DNA of 64,000 bases from Podarcis filfolensis (lineage: Eukaryota). The stretch is taken from assembly GCA_964270895.1 (NCBI GenBank), contig OZ185436.1; one strand, 5' to 3'. Under the pieces are notes generated by a model, which worked only from the letters and a program-made list of their open reading frames with translations, was not told the DNA's origin and did not search any database. Positions 51,036 to 61,282 of this stretch are shown piece by piece. Position numbers and translations under genes: made by a program. Within the stretch, counting starts at the first letter, position 1, and every line of letters begins with the position of its first letter.

Positions 51036-51041
51036 TTTAAT
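51036..51041 (-). terminator. GMPPB: Candidate GMPPB poly(A) signal ATTAAA
   Basis: TTTAAT on +; another at 50049-50054. I saw no minus-strand AATAAA between the two stop codons. Confidence 0.35.
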
Positions 51042-51609
51042 TTACTAACTGTGTGTGACTTGTAACCAGAAGTGTCGGGGAGGGCAGCAAGCATTTGTGC
51101 TTGAAGCAAGGAATTTTAACTTATGTGCATCTATGATTGTCTCTCTCCCCCACCACCCTCCAAAGTGGAAGGGGTGTTAACTTCCATACAATGGAATATT
51201 ATTAAATTATTATTCCTTAAGGCGGTGAGCTATGTGTATTCTTCTCTCCATTTTATGGAGCACTGTTCTAAAGGCTGTCACAGCGGCAGTACAAGATGGG
51301 ATTGGCTGCAAGGAAGGCAGCTGTAAAAGTGAGCTGCCATACAAAACTGTCATTGTTGTTCCCCAAGAGGAGTTAAAGAAAACATATGACACACCACAGC
51401 TCCCATTCTTCATGACAATATAATTTCATTCCCCGTCCCCATTAATTGACAGAGCCCTGTCCAGAGTTCTTGAATAGTAATAGTTAGTGATTATTGGCCA
51501 TATGGAGGGAAGAGAGAGGGATCAGTCTCTGTAAGGCAGTAGAGTTCCAAAGAAGAGGATTGTATTCTGTCTTCCCTTTGTGCAACATGAGCAGCACATG
51601 TTATCCTGA

Positions 51610-51615
51610 AATAAA
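51610..51615 (+). terminator. RNF123: Candidate RNF123 poly(A) signal AATAAA
   Basis: Followed by U-rich tgttctttct; ATTAAA also at 51201-51206. Confidence 0.45.
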
Positions 51616-52010
51616 AGCACAGCATGCTGTTCTTTCTCCTCACCGGGCCTGCCTGGGACTGTTCTCTTGCAGCAGCTGAACTCCTACTGCAGAACCACAC
51701 AAGCAAGCATTTTCTTCTTTGCACATTAGGGTTACTTTCCAGTAGTAGCCTGTGGCACTGGACAACCCCTGGAGCTGGCCCAGGTCATCGTGCCTTATGC
51801 TAAGCAGTGATTCTGAGGAGCACTCCAGCCAGCTTACAAACCTCCTTATCCCACTACACTCCTAGGATTCCAGCAGAAGGTTAGTATTTTCTCAGCATAA
51901 AAGTCAACAGGGAGCCCCTGCTCCGAAGGCACAGGGTGGGGATTCCCCTTGTAAGAGGGTAAGACAGGGAGGGCCCTCTCAGCAGGTCCAATCCTCAAGG
52001 CCCAGGACCG

Positions 52011-52142
52011 CTACATGATGATGCGTGGCTCCGGTACAGACTCAGCAATGGATTTGTGAGGCAGCACGTTGGCACCATTGAGGTAGAGTTCATCGTTCAC
52101 AATGACATCCTCTCCCAGCACTGACACATTCTCCATCCGTAC
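52011..52142 (-). CDS. GMPPB: GMPPB coding exon 9 ([43 protein letters not shown])
   Basis: AG acceptor, 132 nt, TAG at 52013-52011. Confidence 0.97.
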   Translation of the reverse strand, partial: VRMENVSVLGEDVIVNDELYLNGANVLPHKSIAESVPEPRIIM

Positions 52143-53096
52143 CTGAGGAAGGGTGTGACATACAGTTAGACAACTCTATGCTGAGCTGGGGGGAAGTAGT
52201 ATGTTACAAGATAGACTTAGGCTAAGGCAGTTACTTGCCTCCATAGTACAGTCCTATGGCTACTCAGGAGTCTGTTTCTAACAGGTTCTGCCCTTGCTTT
52301 TCTGGCTCTGGGCTGCTAATTAAAAGCAGGAGCAGCCAGAATGAGGTGCCATGATAATTATACCTGTAGAGTTTCCCTAAATCTTACTCAAATTGCCACT
52401 AAATCTGGTACCAATTCAACTCATAGAGAAAGGACAGCTTGATACCTAGCACAAAGCAGGACTGAAAGATCTTAAATTGGGACTTTATAGGACAAGTTTA
52501 CCTGTTATGAAAGCAGCTCTCAAAATAACAAGGGTATTGAGTATGAACACACAACCACTGCAAAGCTACAAGTCCATCATGAGTGAGAGAACAAGCATGT
52601 AGGCATGTGAAGAAACTACATCACAGTAGCATTTGTGTGGACTGTGCACTCTAGGTCACTCATCAGTAAAAGAACTAGTTAGTGTTGCTAAGATGCAGCT
52701 CTGACCAACAGTGCAATTCTTAAGTCCCAGACACTGTGGCTGGGAGAGGTTAGGCTATGACCTGATCTCCCCACCCCTGTGGCTCAGGTGGCCTTAAGCT
52801 GGCGACTTCACCTGGCTGAAGTAAAGCTCTCCTGGCACAAGCTATCCCAGTATGCAGGGCAAAAAGGGGGCATGTTAAGGCCAGCAAACAGGCACATTGG
52901 GGCCACCGAGAGGAATAAACAAAATTATCCTGCATTCCAGCTCTCTCCTTTTACTGGTCCTGCCCAGAGAGGTAACATTTCCTCCATAAAAGAGCAGAAA
53001 ATGTTTGCATTCCCTTGACCTACAGCAGTTGGGCTGCAGCTTCACTTTCCCCAGTGTATATCTGCCTGATGAGGATTGCTCTGTCACATAACTCAC

Positions 53097-53279
53097 CCAC
53101 TGGCCTACGGAGGAGCTCCAGCCAACAATGCAGGACTCCAGCCACGAATGAGACCGGATCCGCGACCCCTTCAGCACAGTGCAACGTTTGATCCGAACCC
53201 CGTCCTCTATCACCACTCCTGCCCCAATGGTGACATTGGGACCAATACTGCAGTTCGATCCAATCTTGGCAGTTGGGTC
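53097..53279 (-). CDS. GMPPB: GMPPB coding exon 8 ([16 protein letters not shown]...SSVGQW, beta-helix repeats)
   Basis: 183 nt, AG/GTGAGT. Confidence 0.97.
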
Positions 53280-53511
53280 CTGAAGTTGGAGGGGGGAAAT
53301 GAAAGTAAATTGGTTTTTCTTGAGCAGCTTCCTCCTCCTCAGAGGAAACTTGATGGGAGAGAACAACACTCGCTCACAGCTCTAGTCCACAAGATGGTAG
53401 ATGTAATATCAAGCGCTACTGTTGCCTTGCCCAATATACTACCACTTTTAGATCAGCCTTTAATGAAGTGCTGCCCACCCTCGCTCCAAAGAAATACAAG
53501 AATAGAATTAC

Positions 53512-53639
53512 CACTAATACGTTCCCCATAAAACCCGGTCCTGAGTGCAGCCTCTCGGGGTGTTTCAGCCGTAGAGATTGCAGATACATGCACATGCCAG
53601 TCAGAAAGTCTTTGGGCTGCCCAATGTCCATCCAGAACC
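53512..53639 (-). CDS. GMPPB: GMPPB coding exon 7 ([16 protein letters not shown]...GNVLV)
   Basis: 128 nt, AG/GTAATT. Confidence 0.97.
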
Positions 53640-53963
53640 CTGTGATGACAAAGCTGCATTAATAAGACACCTGTCTCCATTGATGGACCTTATACCAGCC
53701 TTCATCCCCGAAGGCAGCATATAGCAAGATGTGCAGTGAAACCGCATTACGTTATTTCATACAAACATTGCCCTACAGGGCCCTTGTATGTTATGTGGTG
53801 TCTTCCACATCTTGATCTTATTTTTACTTCTCAACTCCAGTCCCAGGTCCTCACTGACTTAACATTTAATTGTCTAATATGCCCTATCCTCAAATCACTG
53901 CCTACAACTGTGAGAGCCCCTTAGAATCAAAGGACCATTCCAAATCCTTCCATGTGCCCTTAC

Positions 53964-54042
53964 CCTGCAGTTCCATGGCATAGAGTTGTCCTTGTTCTGC
54001 CATCACTGGGAATATCTCCTTCTCAATCGAGGTAGGCCGCAG
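53964..54042 (-). CDS. GMPPB: GMPPB coding exon 6 ([27 protein letters not shown])
   Basis: 79 nt, AG/GTAAGG. Confidence 0.97.
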
Positions 54043-54235
54043 CTAAGGGAAGGCAAGAGTACTACCAGTTGGCCATTTATGTTGTAAAGACTAGAGATGT
54101 ACTGTTCCCACTGACATCATCATCCTTAATCTCACCGGCATGAAAAGATGAGGTGCCCAACTAAAACCACAACCCCAAACACCCCAGCCAGTCTGCCCTG
54201 TGCAAGATCCCTGTTCCACCCTTCCTGCCTCATAC

Positions 54236-54394
54236 CTCGATCCGCTGTAGCACGCTTGGGTTTAAGATGTACATGCCAGCGTTGATCTTGTTGGAAACAA
54301 AAACTTGGGGTTTCTCCACAAAGCGGTGTATGCGCCCTGTATCTGACTCACACACCACGACGCCGTATTTGGAGGGCTCCTCCACTTTGGTCAC
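54236..54394 (-). CDS. GMPPB: GMPPB coding exon 5 ([14 protein letters not shown]...[20 protein letters not shown]...)
   Basis: 159 nt, AG/GTATGA. Confidence 0.97.
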
Positions 54395-54733
54395 CTGCAA
54401 CGCAAAGTTGGCATCACACCCAGCCATGGTACTCGGTACTCGGAGGGCACAGAAAGAGCTCTATTGAAGTGCCATGCCTAGTTTACTATCCTGATCTCTT
54501 ATTTTAAAAAGAATCCCATGAGCAAAATAAAGGATAGGACACAGAAGACCTTTACTCCAACCACTTCTGTTTTTGCATTAGAGAAAAATATGGGTGTGCA
54601 GTTCATCCCTAAAATAAGAACACACACCCTAATTCTTCTTTGTTTATGAACTAATAAGCGTGCTCCTGTGCATGTAAACAAGGGGAGGCATTTATAACAC
54701 CCACAGGAGGCACTTGTTTTTTTTTTTTAAGTG

Positions 54734-54797
54734 GGTTGCAGAGGGTTGGATTAGATGTCCCTTGGGATCCTTTCCAACTCTACAATCCTATGATTCT
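54734..54797 (+). mobile_element. CR1-type 3' tail fragment
   Basis: GGGTTGGATTAGATGTCCCTTGGGATCCTTTCCAACTCTACAATCCTATGATTC. Confidence 0.7.
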
Positions 54798-55115
54798 TCT
54801 TTGTCCCTGCAACTACAGTTTTTGCCAAGTATTAAGGGTTTGTGGAAGTGATGGAGCTCTTTCCGCCTATGTCTCCAGCTGGCCTGCTAAACTTAGCTTT
54901 CTGGCAGCTCCGCAACCAACAGAAACTAGGTTGTCCAAGGATCCACAGGCAATTCCAAGCAAAAGAGCAAGAGGTCTACCCTTTGGCAGACTACAGTTAT
55001 TATCATCCTTGACTTTTGGCTCATGCTGAGGGGAACTGGAATCCAGCAACCTCTGGAGGGCCACTCCAGCAATGGAGCATTGCAAGCATGGAGTGGGTGC
55101 CCCTCAGGTACTTAC

Positions 55116-55258
55116 CACAATGGTGCCCTCTTTTCCATGATGCCTGTGGAAGTGCACCATGTCTTTGAAGGGGAAATCGCAGATCACATCACTGTTAAGC
55201 ACAAAAAAAGGCTCTGCATTCTCGGTCAACAGCTCCCGCGCTAGTGCCAGGGGTCCAG
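55116..55258 (-). CDS. GMPPB: GMPPB coding exon 4 ([11 protein letters not shown]...[14 protein letters not shown]...EGTIV)
   Basis: 143 nt, AG/GTAAGT. Confidence 0.97.
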
Positions 55259-55507
55259 CTGTGGAGGAAACCAGAGCCCTCAATATTCACCTATTCATGT
55301 GCCCTTCAGCAACAACAGCCAGCATGCACTGCTCAACCCGCTTTAGAAAGTTCCATCCCATATAGCTCCTGATCAGAATAAGTAGTACCCAATCCTCCAC
55401 CTGCATATAGCCAGGACACTCCAGGTTGCCACAAATTTTGATTCTGATCCCACATTTACTGTCCCTGTAACCTCACTTCTCCACAAGAAAGTGGCTGCTT
55501 CAGTTAC

Positions 55508-55556
55508 CTGTGCCCAGTGGTTCCTTCTCATGCGACAGGGAAATGTGAATGCCCAG
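55508..55556 (-). CDS. GMPPB: GMPPB coding exon 3 (LGIHISLSHEKEPLGT)
   Basis: 49 nt, AG/GTAACT. Confidence 0.96.
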
Positions 55557-57639
55557 CTAGGAAACAAAGTAGAATTTGGAAAACAGAATTAGAAGATGCG
55601 CACCACCAATGGAATATGTGTGTCACTGACCTGGTTATATACCCTTCCCTTAGTCATCAGATTTTCATAAATCCTCTCTAATAGAACTAAACAACCATAT
55701 CAATATTATTCAATGATGAATTTATGGTGACCTACAGATTGCAGGCTCCCTGGCTTTGTGGGGGTACTTGTTCTAATGAAGCGACAGATGAACAGCATAA
55801 ATTAAGATGAAATAACTAAACTTTACTTTCCCCCTTAGAAAGTCATGTAACACACCATCCACATTTGAAAGCAAGTCTAACAGAATTTCAGCTAAGTTAG
55901 GTACACTAAGGGTCAGAGGGGTCACTGCATTCACAATTACAAAGAGGAGGTTGGAATCAGTGGCTTAGATCCTCAGATAAGTTAACTTGAGGAAGTTCAC
56001 AGAATGCAAGTTTCCTGTTCCCTCCTCCCCCTGAAAACCTCCCTAGAGCAATGGGGGGGAGAACGTGCTTGTAAAATGTGGGACAGGGCATGGAAGATGG
56101 CTGATAACGGCCCTAAATTTGGCTTGAATCCTAGGGTAACTTCAGAAAGTTCATGGAGGGAAGGTTTCCTAACTACTACTCCTCCCAAAGTCGCCTGCAT
56201 TTTGTCCCACAATTGGGGACCCCATTCCTTCAGAGAAGCTATTGGAGAAGCACAGGTGGCTGTGGGTGTAGATAGGAAATGGGAAATCTTCCTTCCATGA
56301 ACTTTCTGAAGCTGTCTTGTCTTAGGATTCAAGCCAATAGGCACATGGCACCCTTGAAGCCCAAAAATAAAAAGAATGCAGTCAGTGGGTAGAATTCAGT
56401 GTTACACTAATTTGATCATTTTGTCAGCACAAGCATATACGCTTTGCAAACAGCATGATCTCCCATCTCCTCCCCCGTGTTCTTCAGTGGGTTCTCCCAA
56501 CCTGCGAGAGCGTATTTGGGGAAGGCATGGGGGCACACAGGGCGAAGGGGGGAAGCCCCGTTGTACTTCCACTAGCAAATCAGTTGAATCTGGTCCCAGT
56601 GTAACAATGGAGAGGGTGCTAAGCCTTTTATGCTGGAATGTCTGAAATAAGATGTGCATTAAAAGTATAGGTTGCATTTGGTGCAGCACAAAGAATACAT
56701 TCCGTCAGCAGAAAAAAATCTGCTTGTACTATCTGCTTGTACAATGCTCCCCCCCAACACACACTCTCTAAATATGTTCTGAAACCCTCTGGAACAGATT
56801 TGAGGACAGCACAGTGCATGGTGTGCGGGGGGGTCCAATGCATTAGTACTAATCCTTGAGCTAGTGCATCTATTTTAAATACCACCCTGTCTTCAAATAG
56901 TTATAGACAATAGGTTCCATCTATTTGAAAATAATAGGTTTCTGGCCAAAGTAATCTGCCAGTGAATCATATCAAATCACAAAAAGAGAGTGCTGTTGTT
57001 AAGAGTGTACCACTAGCTAGATCTTTACTGAAGGAAAGTTTTCTTGCTTCTAACCAACACTTGTGTAGCTGGTATTGCCAATGAAACTGAATCCATAAAC
57101 CTTCAGTTACAGGAAGCTACAAAAAGTGGTTTGGCACGGTGCCAAGAAAAAGTCACACCCTGCTTTTTACAGTGTAGGAAGTGAGCAACGTTTATGGATA
57201 TACTTGCACAACATGCGCTTATTTTGGCTTAGTTGGCTTCAGTTAAAATTGTAATATATTGTATAGTTGTAATCTAATTAAAGCTCATGAACTGCACTAT
57301 AATTAATTTGAGTTTCACATAGAGGCCCTAGCACATACAGGCTACCTAACTCAGCAAAGTCCAAAGCGAACCCCTTTCCTTGCAGTTGCAAAACTCCCCA
57401 AGAATACCTCATGAACACTGAAAATAATCACTAGAGTTAGCGATTCACAAGGCTATGCCCTATGAAAGCAGCATGAGTTTAGGTAATGCTATTGAGCCAC
57501 TAGCTTTCATAGAACCTCAGCCACATTAAGACAAAATGCTATAGCAAATGAAGAGTTCCAATCAACTCCTGCACATCTACATGACCCCCAACCATCAGGT
57601 TCAGGAAAGCAGCCTAAGAACTATCAACTCAAAACTTAC

Positions 57640-57720
57640 CCTTTGCTCTTGTTCTTTCATCTCCTTTTCCAGCAGTTCTGACATATAACTGACAGCAAGG
57701 ATCACATGGTTCACACCTGC
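57640..57720 (-). CDS. GMPPB: GMPPB coding exon 2 ([27 protein letters not shown])
   Basis: 81 nt, AG/GTAAGT. Confidence 0.97.
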
Positions 57721-58465
57721 CTGTCAGAGAAGAGGAATAGTAACTCCAAGACACTTGAACTATGCATGCAACTGAGATGATCAGGTGTCCAGACCCAGGG
57801 AGGCAATATCCATCCAACTGGACTAGAGATCATAATTATTTAGAAGATGTAAGGGATGGTTATGCAAGATTGGAACACAGAGAAACATTTCTAATCCTTT
57901 CCCCATCAACTCACTGAGCAAAAGGAAGCTAAATCAGCAAATGGGCAGCAGTTAGAATTCACACATTCCACTCCTAAATCTGGAAGAAGACCACCCATCA
58001 CTTAGGCATTAGTCTGTAATCCATTTGTATGAGCTACTTTCCCCGGCTATAGCACAAGTTATCCAAAATGTACATCCATTCCTATTTATCTGTATGGCAA
58101 AGCAAAGAAATTTATCTTCAGTTAGCATAGAGATGGAGAGATGCCTAGAAATGCACAGGAAACCTGGCAGAGGGCACAGCACAAGAAGCCATCCCAGATG
58201 TGTGCAGGAGAACTTATAAAGTATCTCCTTAAGACCTTTAAGTCGGGCAGGCATGAGACTTTCCCATGGAATAACTCAACAGCAAAAGCTTCACCTATTG
58301 AATTCCAGTCTGCCATGCAGCTCTTAAAAGACACAGCGCCCTTTTCAGGAAAAAGAGGCCCCTGGATCTCTCTTCTCGCCCGCCCCACTGCCCGCTCTTC
58401 TAAGCGGACGGCAGCCTCACCTTCACCCACCCACCCAAACACAGAAGGCTGGTGCTCAATCCTAC

Positions 58466-58594
58466 CTTCACCAGAGCCTCCACCTGGTGCAGGAGGATAG
58501 GCTTGTTGCAAAATTCCACCAGGGGCTTCGGGATGCTGAGGGTCAGGGGCCGCAGTCGCGTGCCATAGCCCCCCACCAAGATCAGCGCCTTCAT
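58466..58594 (-). CDS. GMPPB: GMPPB coding exon 1, mannose-1-phosphate guanylyltransferase beta ([43 protein letters not shown])
   Basis: [11 protein letters not shown] nucleotidyltransferase motif; 129 nt; nine exons sum to 1083 nt = 360 aa; acceptor tttcag 6 nt before ATG. Confidence 0.97.
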
Positions 58595-58846
58595 CCTTGC
58601 CTGAAAGAGGGCGGAGGAAAGGGCGAAGCGTCAGACCCCACGCCGCCCCCAAGGCCTCCACCGGCCCCGCTGCCTGCCAGGTCCCCCTCGATGGTCTCCC
58701 AACCTCCCCGCGTCGACGCCCCGCCAAGCAGGACTTGCCGGCGGCCCCTCGAGCTCAGAGCCCGGCCGCCGCCGCCCCTGGAGCCCTCGGTGCCCAGAGG
58801 CCCGTAGCCAACGTCACCCCTCCGCACTCGGCTCCGCGTAACTCAC

Positions 58847-58915
58847 CTGACCCGGCCCGGAGGTGCCACTCCGCCTACAGCCGACAGAACCAGCCACCAC
58901 GACATCTCCGTCAAA
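58847..58915 (-). other. GMPPB: Predicted non-coding first exon of GMPPB (5' end uncertain)
   Basis: CAG|GTGAGT donor at 58846 pairs with the acceptor at 58601. Confidence 0.65.
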
Positions 58916-59239
58916 CTCCCTTCGAACCGGTCGACCAATCAGTGCGCCGGACGTGTCCAAGCATCCTAAGCATCCAATGGCGGCCGAGAGCGGCGATGCT
59001 TGTCGGCCAATCGGAACGCTAGCTACTGCGTTGCCGCAGCAACGCGGACAGGTTAGAAATGCGACCGCTTTGCGTCATTGCCAAGGCGCCGCAGCAGACA
59101 CGTCTCTAGGAAGGCGGCTTCAAGTTAAAGCCCCGCCCCTCTTTCCCCTTAGCACCGCCTTTAGGCGGGCGGGGCGCGGTGTCGTCACGCGTGCGCGACG
59201 CCAAGCGAGCCCTAGCAACAAAGGCTTCCGCCTCCTCGT

Positions 59240-59312
59240 TCTCCGTAGTAGTGGCAACGTTCGTGACGTGCGGCGCTGCCATGTTTGTAGTGGCTTTGCG
59301 CTAGCTAACCGG
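59240..59312 (+). other. NICN1: Predicted non-coding first exon of NICN1 (5' end uncertain)
   Basis: CGG|GTGAGT donor at 59313 within the CpG island; acceptor ttccag at 60220 precedes the first coding ATGs. Confidence 0.55.
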
Positions 59313-60077
59313 GTGAGTGGAAGCCGTAGCGGGGGGAATTGCTTCGCTCTTCTCTGTCTGCTCCTCTACCCGCTTTAAAACAGGAGGTTGACAGGAGGAG
59401 GCGCGAGAGCGAGCAGGGAGCGGCTGCAGGCGAGTCCCAGGGATGCGCTGGGTGGGCAAAGAAAGGGCCTGAACCTGGGCGCGTCCCCGCCGCCCTCCGC
59501 GGGTGACGACGGGTCCGTTACTCTCGGGGAGGGGTCTTATCGTTGCTTGTCTTGGGCTTAACCGGGAGTGGGGCGAGTGCGTCCGTGTTTCTCTTCTTAG
59601 GGGACGCTCCGGCTTTGATAAGTAAAAAACCGAGCTGCATCGTTGACAGTTAAGGAAGCCTGTGTGGAGGAGGTCATCATTATATTATTGCTACGTTTTT
59701 ATTGCTAAAATGTTTGGTTTACTAAAAAGATAAAATAACAGTATGTAAAACCTTGGGGGAGCTTGATCCCATATGTCTTTAATCAGAAGTGTGCCCCTCA
59801 CCCCCGAATGTGATGTGGCTTACTTCCAGGTAAGCATACATAGGATTGTACCTTCTTGGTTTTATTGGACCATGGCCTTTCACAGCAGGCAGCATCAGAT
59901 ACGTGAAACAAAGCTATCATGCTACTGGGTGATCTGCAGAACTTGCTTTGTTGGTGGAATATGATCCCCCAAATATACATGTTATAGTCATTAGTAGTCT
60001 GCATTTGTATTGGAATTCTGAACGGATGTTTTGTTGCTGGTGTGTGTGCTGCCCTGGGGTTTACTATTCAATTTATT

Positions 60078-60133
60078 TACTACTACTACTACAAATAATA
60101 ATAATAACAACAACAACAACAACAACAACAACA
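60078..60133. repeat. Compound (TAC)n(AAT)n(AAC)n microsatellite
   Basis: Read directly. Confidence 0.9.
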
Positions 60134-60230
60134 GGGGGCAAGGTTCCTGAGTTTCAGTGTAGGGAGGTGGAGGTTGTAATATTTATGTGCTGCTTAATGG
60201 AGTCCACTACTCTCTTCCAGCATGGGGACC

Positions 60231-60362
60231 ATGGCTCATGAGCCTATTCCCTGCATTTTAAAGAGCCCAGTCTCACTGCAAGTGGGAGACATGAGGACTG
60301 AGCAAGGCCGTCCTGGTGTTCTGGTGATTGATGTTGTGCTTCCACACTCACAAACCATTGAT
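60231..60362 (+). CDS. NICN1: NICN1 (nicolin-1) coding exon 1 (MAHEPIPCILKSPVSLQVGDMRTEQGRPGVLVIDVVLPHSQTID); in-frame ATG at 60222 could add MGT
   Basis: Matches recalled human NICN1 N-terminus (…LQVGDVRTSQGRPGVLVIDV…); donor GAT|gtaagt. Confidence 0.9.
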
Positions 60363-60656
60363 GTAAGTATGGGAGGAAACCAAGTGTGTGGGGCTTGGAA
60401 TTGTCAGATGTTATATTTGAAGTCTCTCATTTTAGCTGTAAAGCTGATATAGAAACTATGATGGTGAACCAGGAAGTACCTGCTTCAAAACTCACCTTTG
60501 TTAACTCACTTGGTTACCCTAGGCAAGCGTCTCTACTTTGCTCCAAGCTGTAATTTAGATATTCAAGCAGTGACCTGCTCCAAGGGTTGCAGTAATGTTT
60601 CTGAGCAAGAAAAGGAGGAATCCATGACAGTCCTCCCCTCATATTGCTATCCTCAG

Positions 60657-60845
60657 TTGCAGGAAATAGTATTCAAGAACTATTACACAGCCTTTCTGAC
60701 TCTACGGGTGCAGCGCCGAAACCCTGCAGATGGTGGGAACGAAAGTCCTCCCAAGTGGGTTACTTGTCTGCAGAATTACTGCTTGATGCCCAACCCTCAC
60801 ACAGAAGAAGGCTCTCAGGATTACTTCTCTCTCTCCAGACATCAG
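60657..60845 (+). CDS. NICN1: NICN1 coding exon 2 (LQEIVFKNYYTAFLTLRV...KWVTCLQNYCLMPNPHTEEGSQDYFSLSRHQ)
   Basis: cag|TTG...CAG|gtaagt; 189 nt. Confidence 0.93.
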
Positions 60846-60852
60846 GTAAGTA

Positions 60853-61050
60853 CAGTCATACCTTGGGTTACAGACACTTCAGGTTGTGTGTTTTCGGGTT
60901 GCGCACCGCGCCGAACCCGGAAGTACTGAAACAGGGTTTTGGCGCATGCACAGAAGTACCAACTTGCAACCTGTGCATGCGCGGACACGGCGCTGCGGGT
61001 TGCAAACGTGCCTCCTGCCCGGATCACGTTTGCAACCCGAGCATCCACTG
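60853..61050. mobile_element. 198-bp Tigger/TcMar-type MITE
   Basis: TA TSD (60851-60852, 61051-61052); CAGT...ACTG termini; diverged TIRs (about 15/23). Confidence 0.8.
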
Positions 61051-61074
61051 TATTTCTGTTGGTATTGCACATAA

Positions 61075-61138
61075 ATCATAGAATTGGAAGGGATGCAAGG
61101 GTCATCTAGTCCAACCCCCTGCAATGCAGGAATCTCAG
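61075..61138 (-). mobile_element. CR1-type 3' tail fragment
   Basis: ATCATAGAATTGGAAGGG...TCCAACCCCCTGCAATGCAGGAATCTCAG, nearly the same as 15678-15750. Confidence 0.8.
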
Positions 61139-61282
61139 TTATGAGATGATTCAATTATTCTGCTAATTCATATTGTTTCCTGTCTGAAATGGCAACCTGT
61201 GCTCCACACAACATTCCTGGTTTATTTTGTTGCGCCATCACACTTTAGCCACCACTGAGTAAATCTTGAATAGAACTGGGAT

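Larger units (their letters stand above)
58540..59600. promoter_or_regulatory. CpG island / bidirectional promoter of GMPPB and NICN1
   Basis: CpG-dense; CCAAT at 58935, 58974, 59007; X-box 59030-59043; GC boxes near 59128-59176; TGACGTG 59264-59270; divergent donors at 58846 (-) and 59313 (+). Confidence 0.9.

Noticed and set aside
53280-53369. Upstream extension of GMPPB exon 8 in ORF 52875-53369
   Set aside because: Intronic polypyrimidine sequence; the true acceptor at 53280 gives the expected 183-nt exon.
58122-59378. Several 100-200 aa ORFs around the promoter
   Set aside because: Stop-poor CpG-island sequence giving low-complexity Pro/Arg/Gly translations; only the GMPPB exon is supported.
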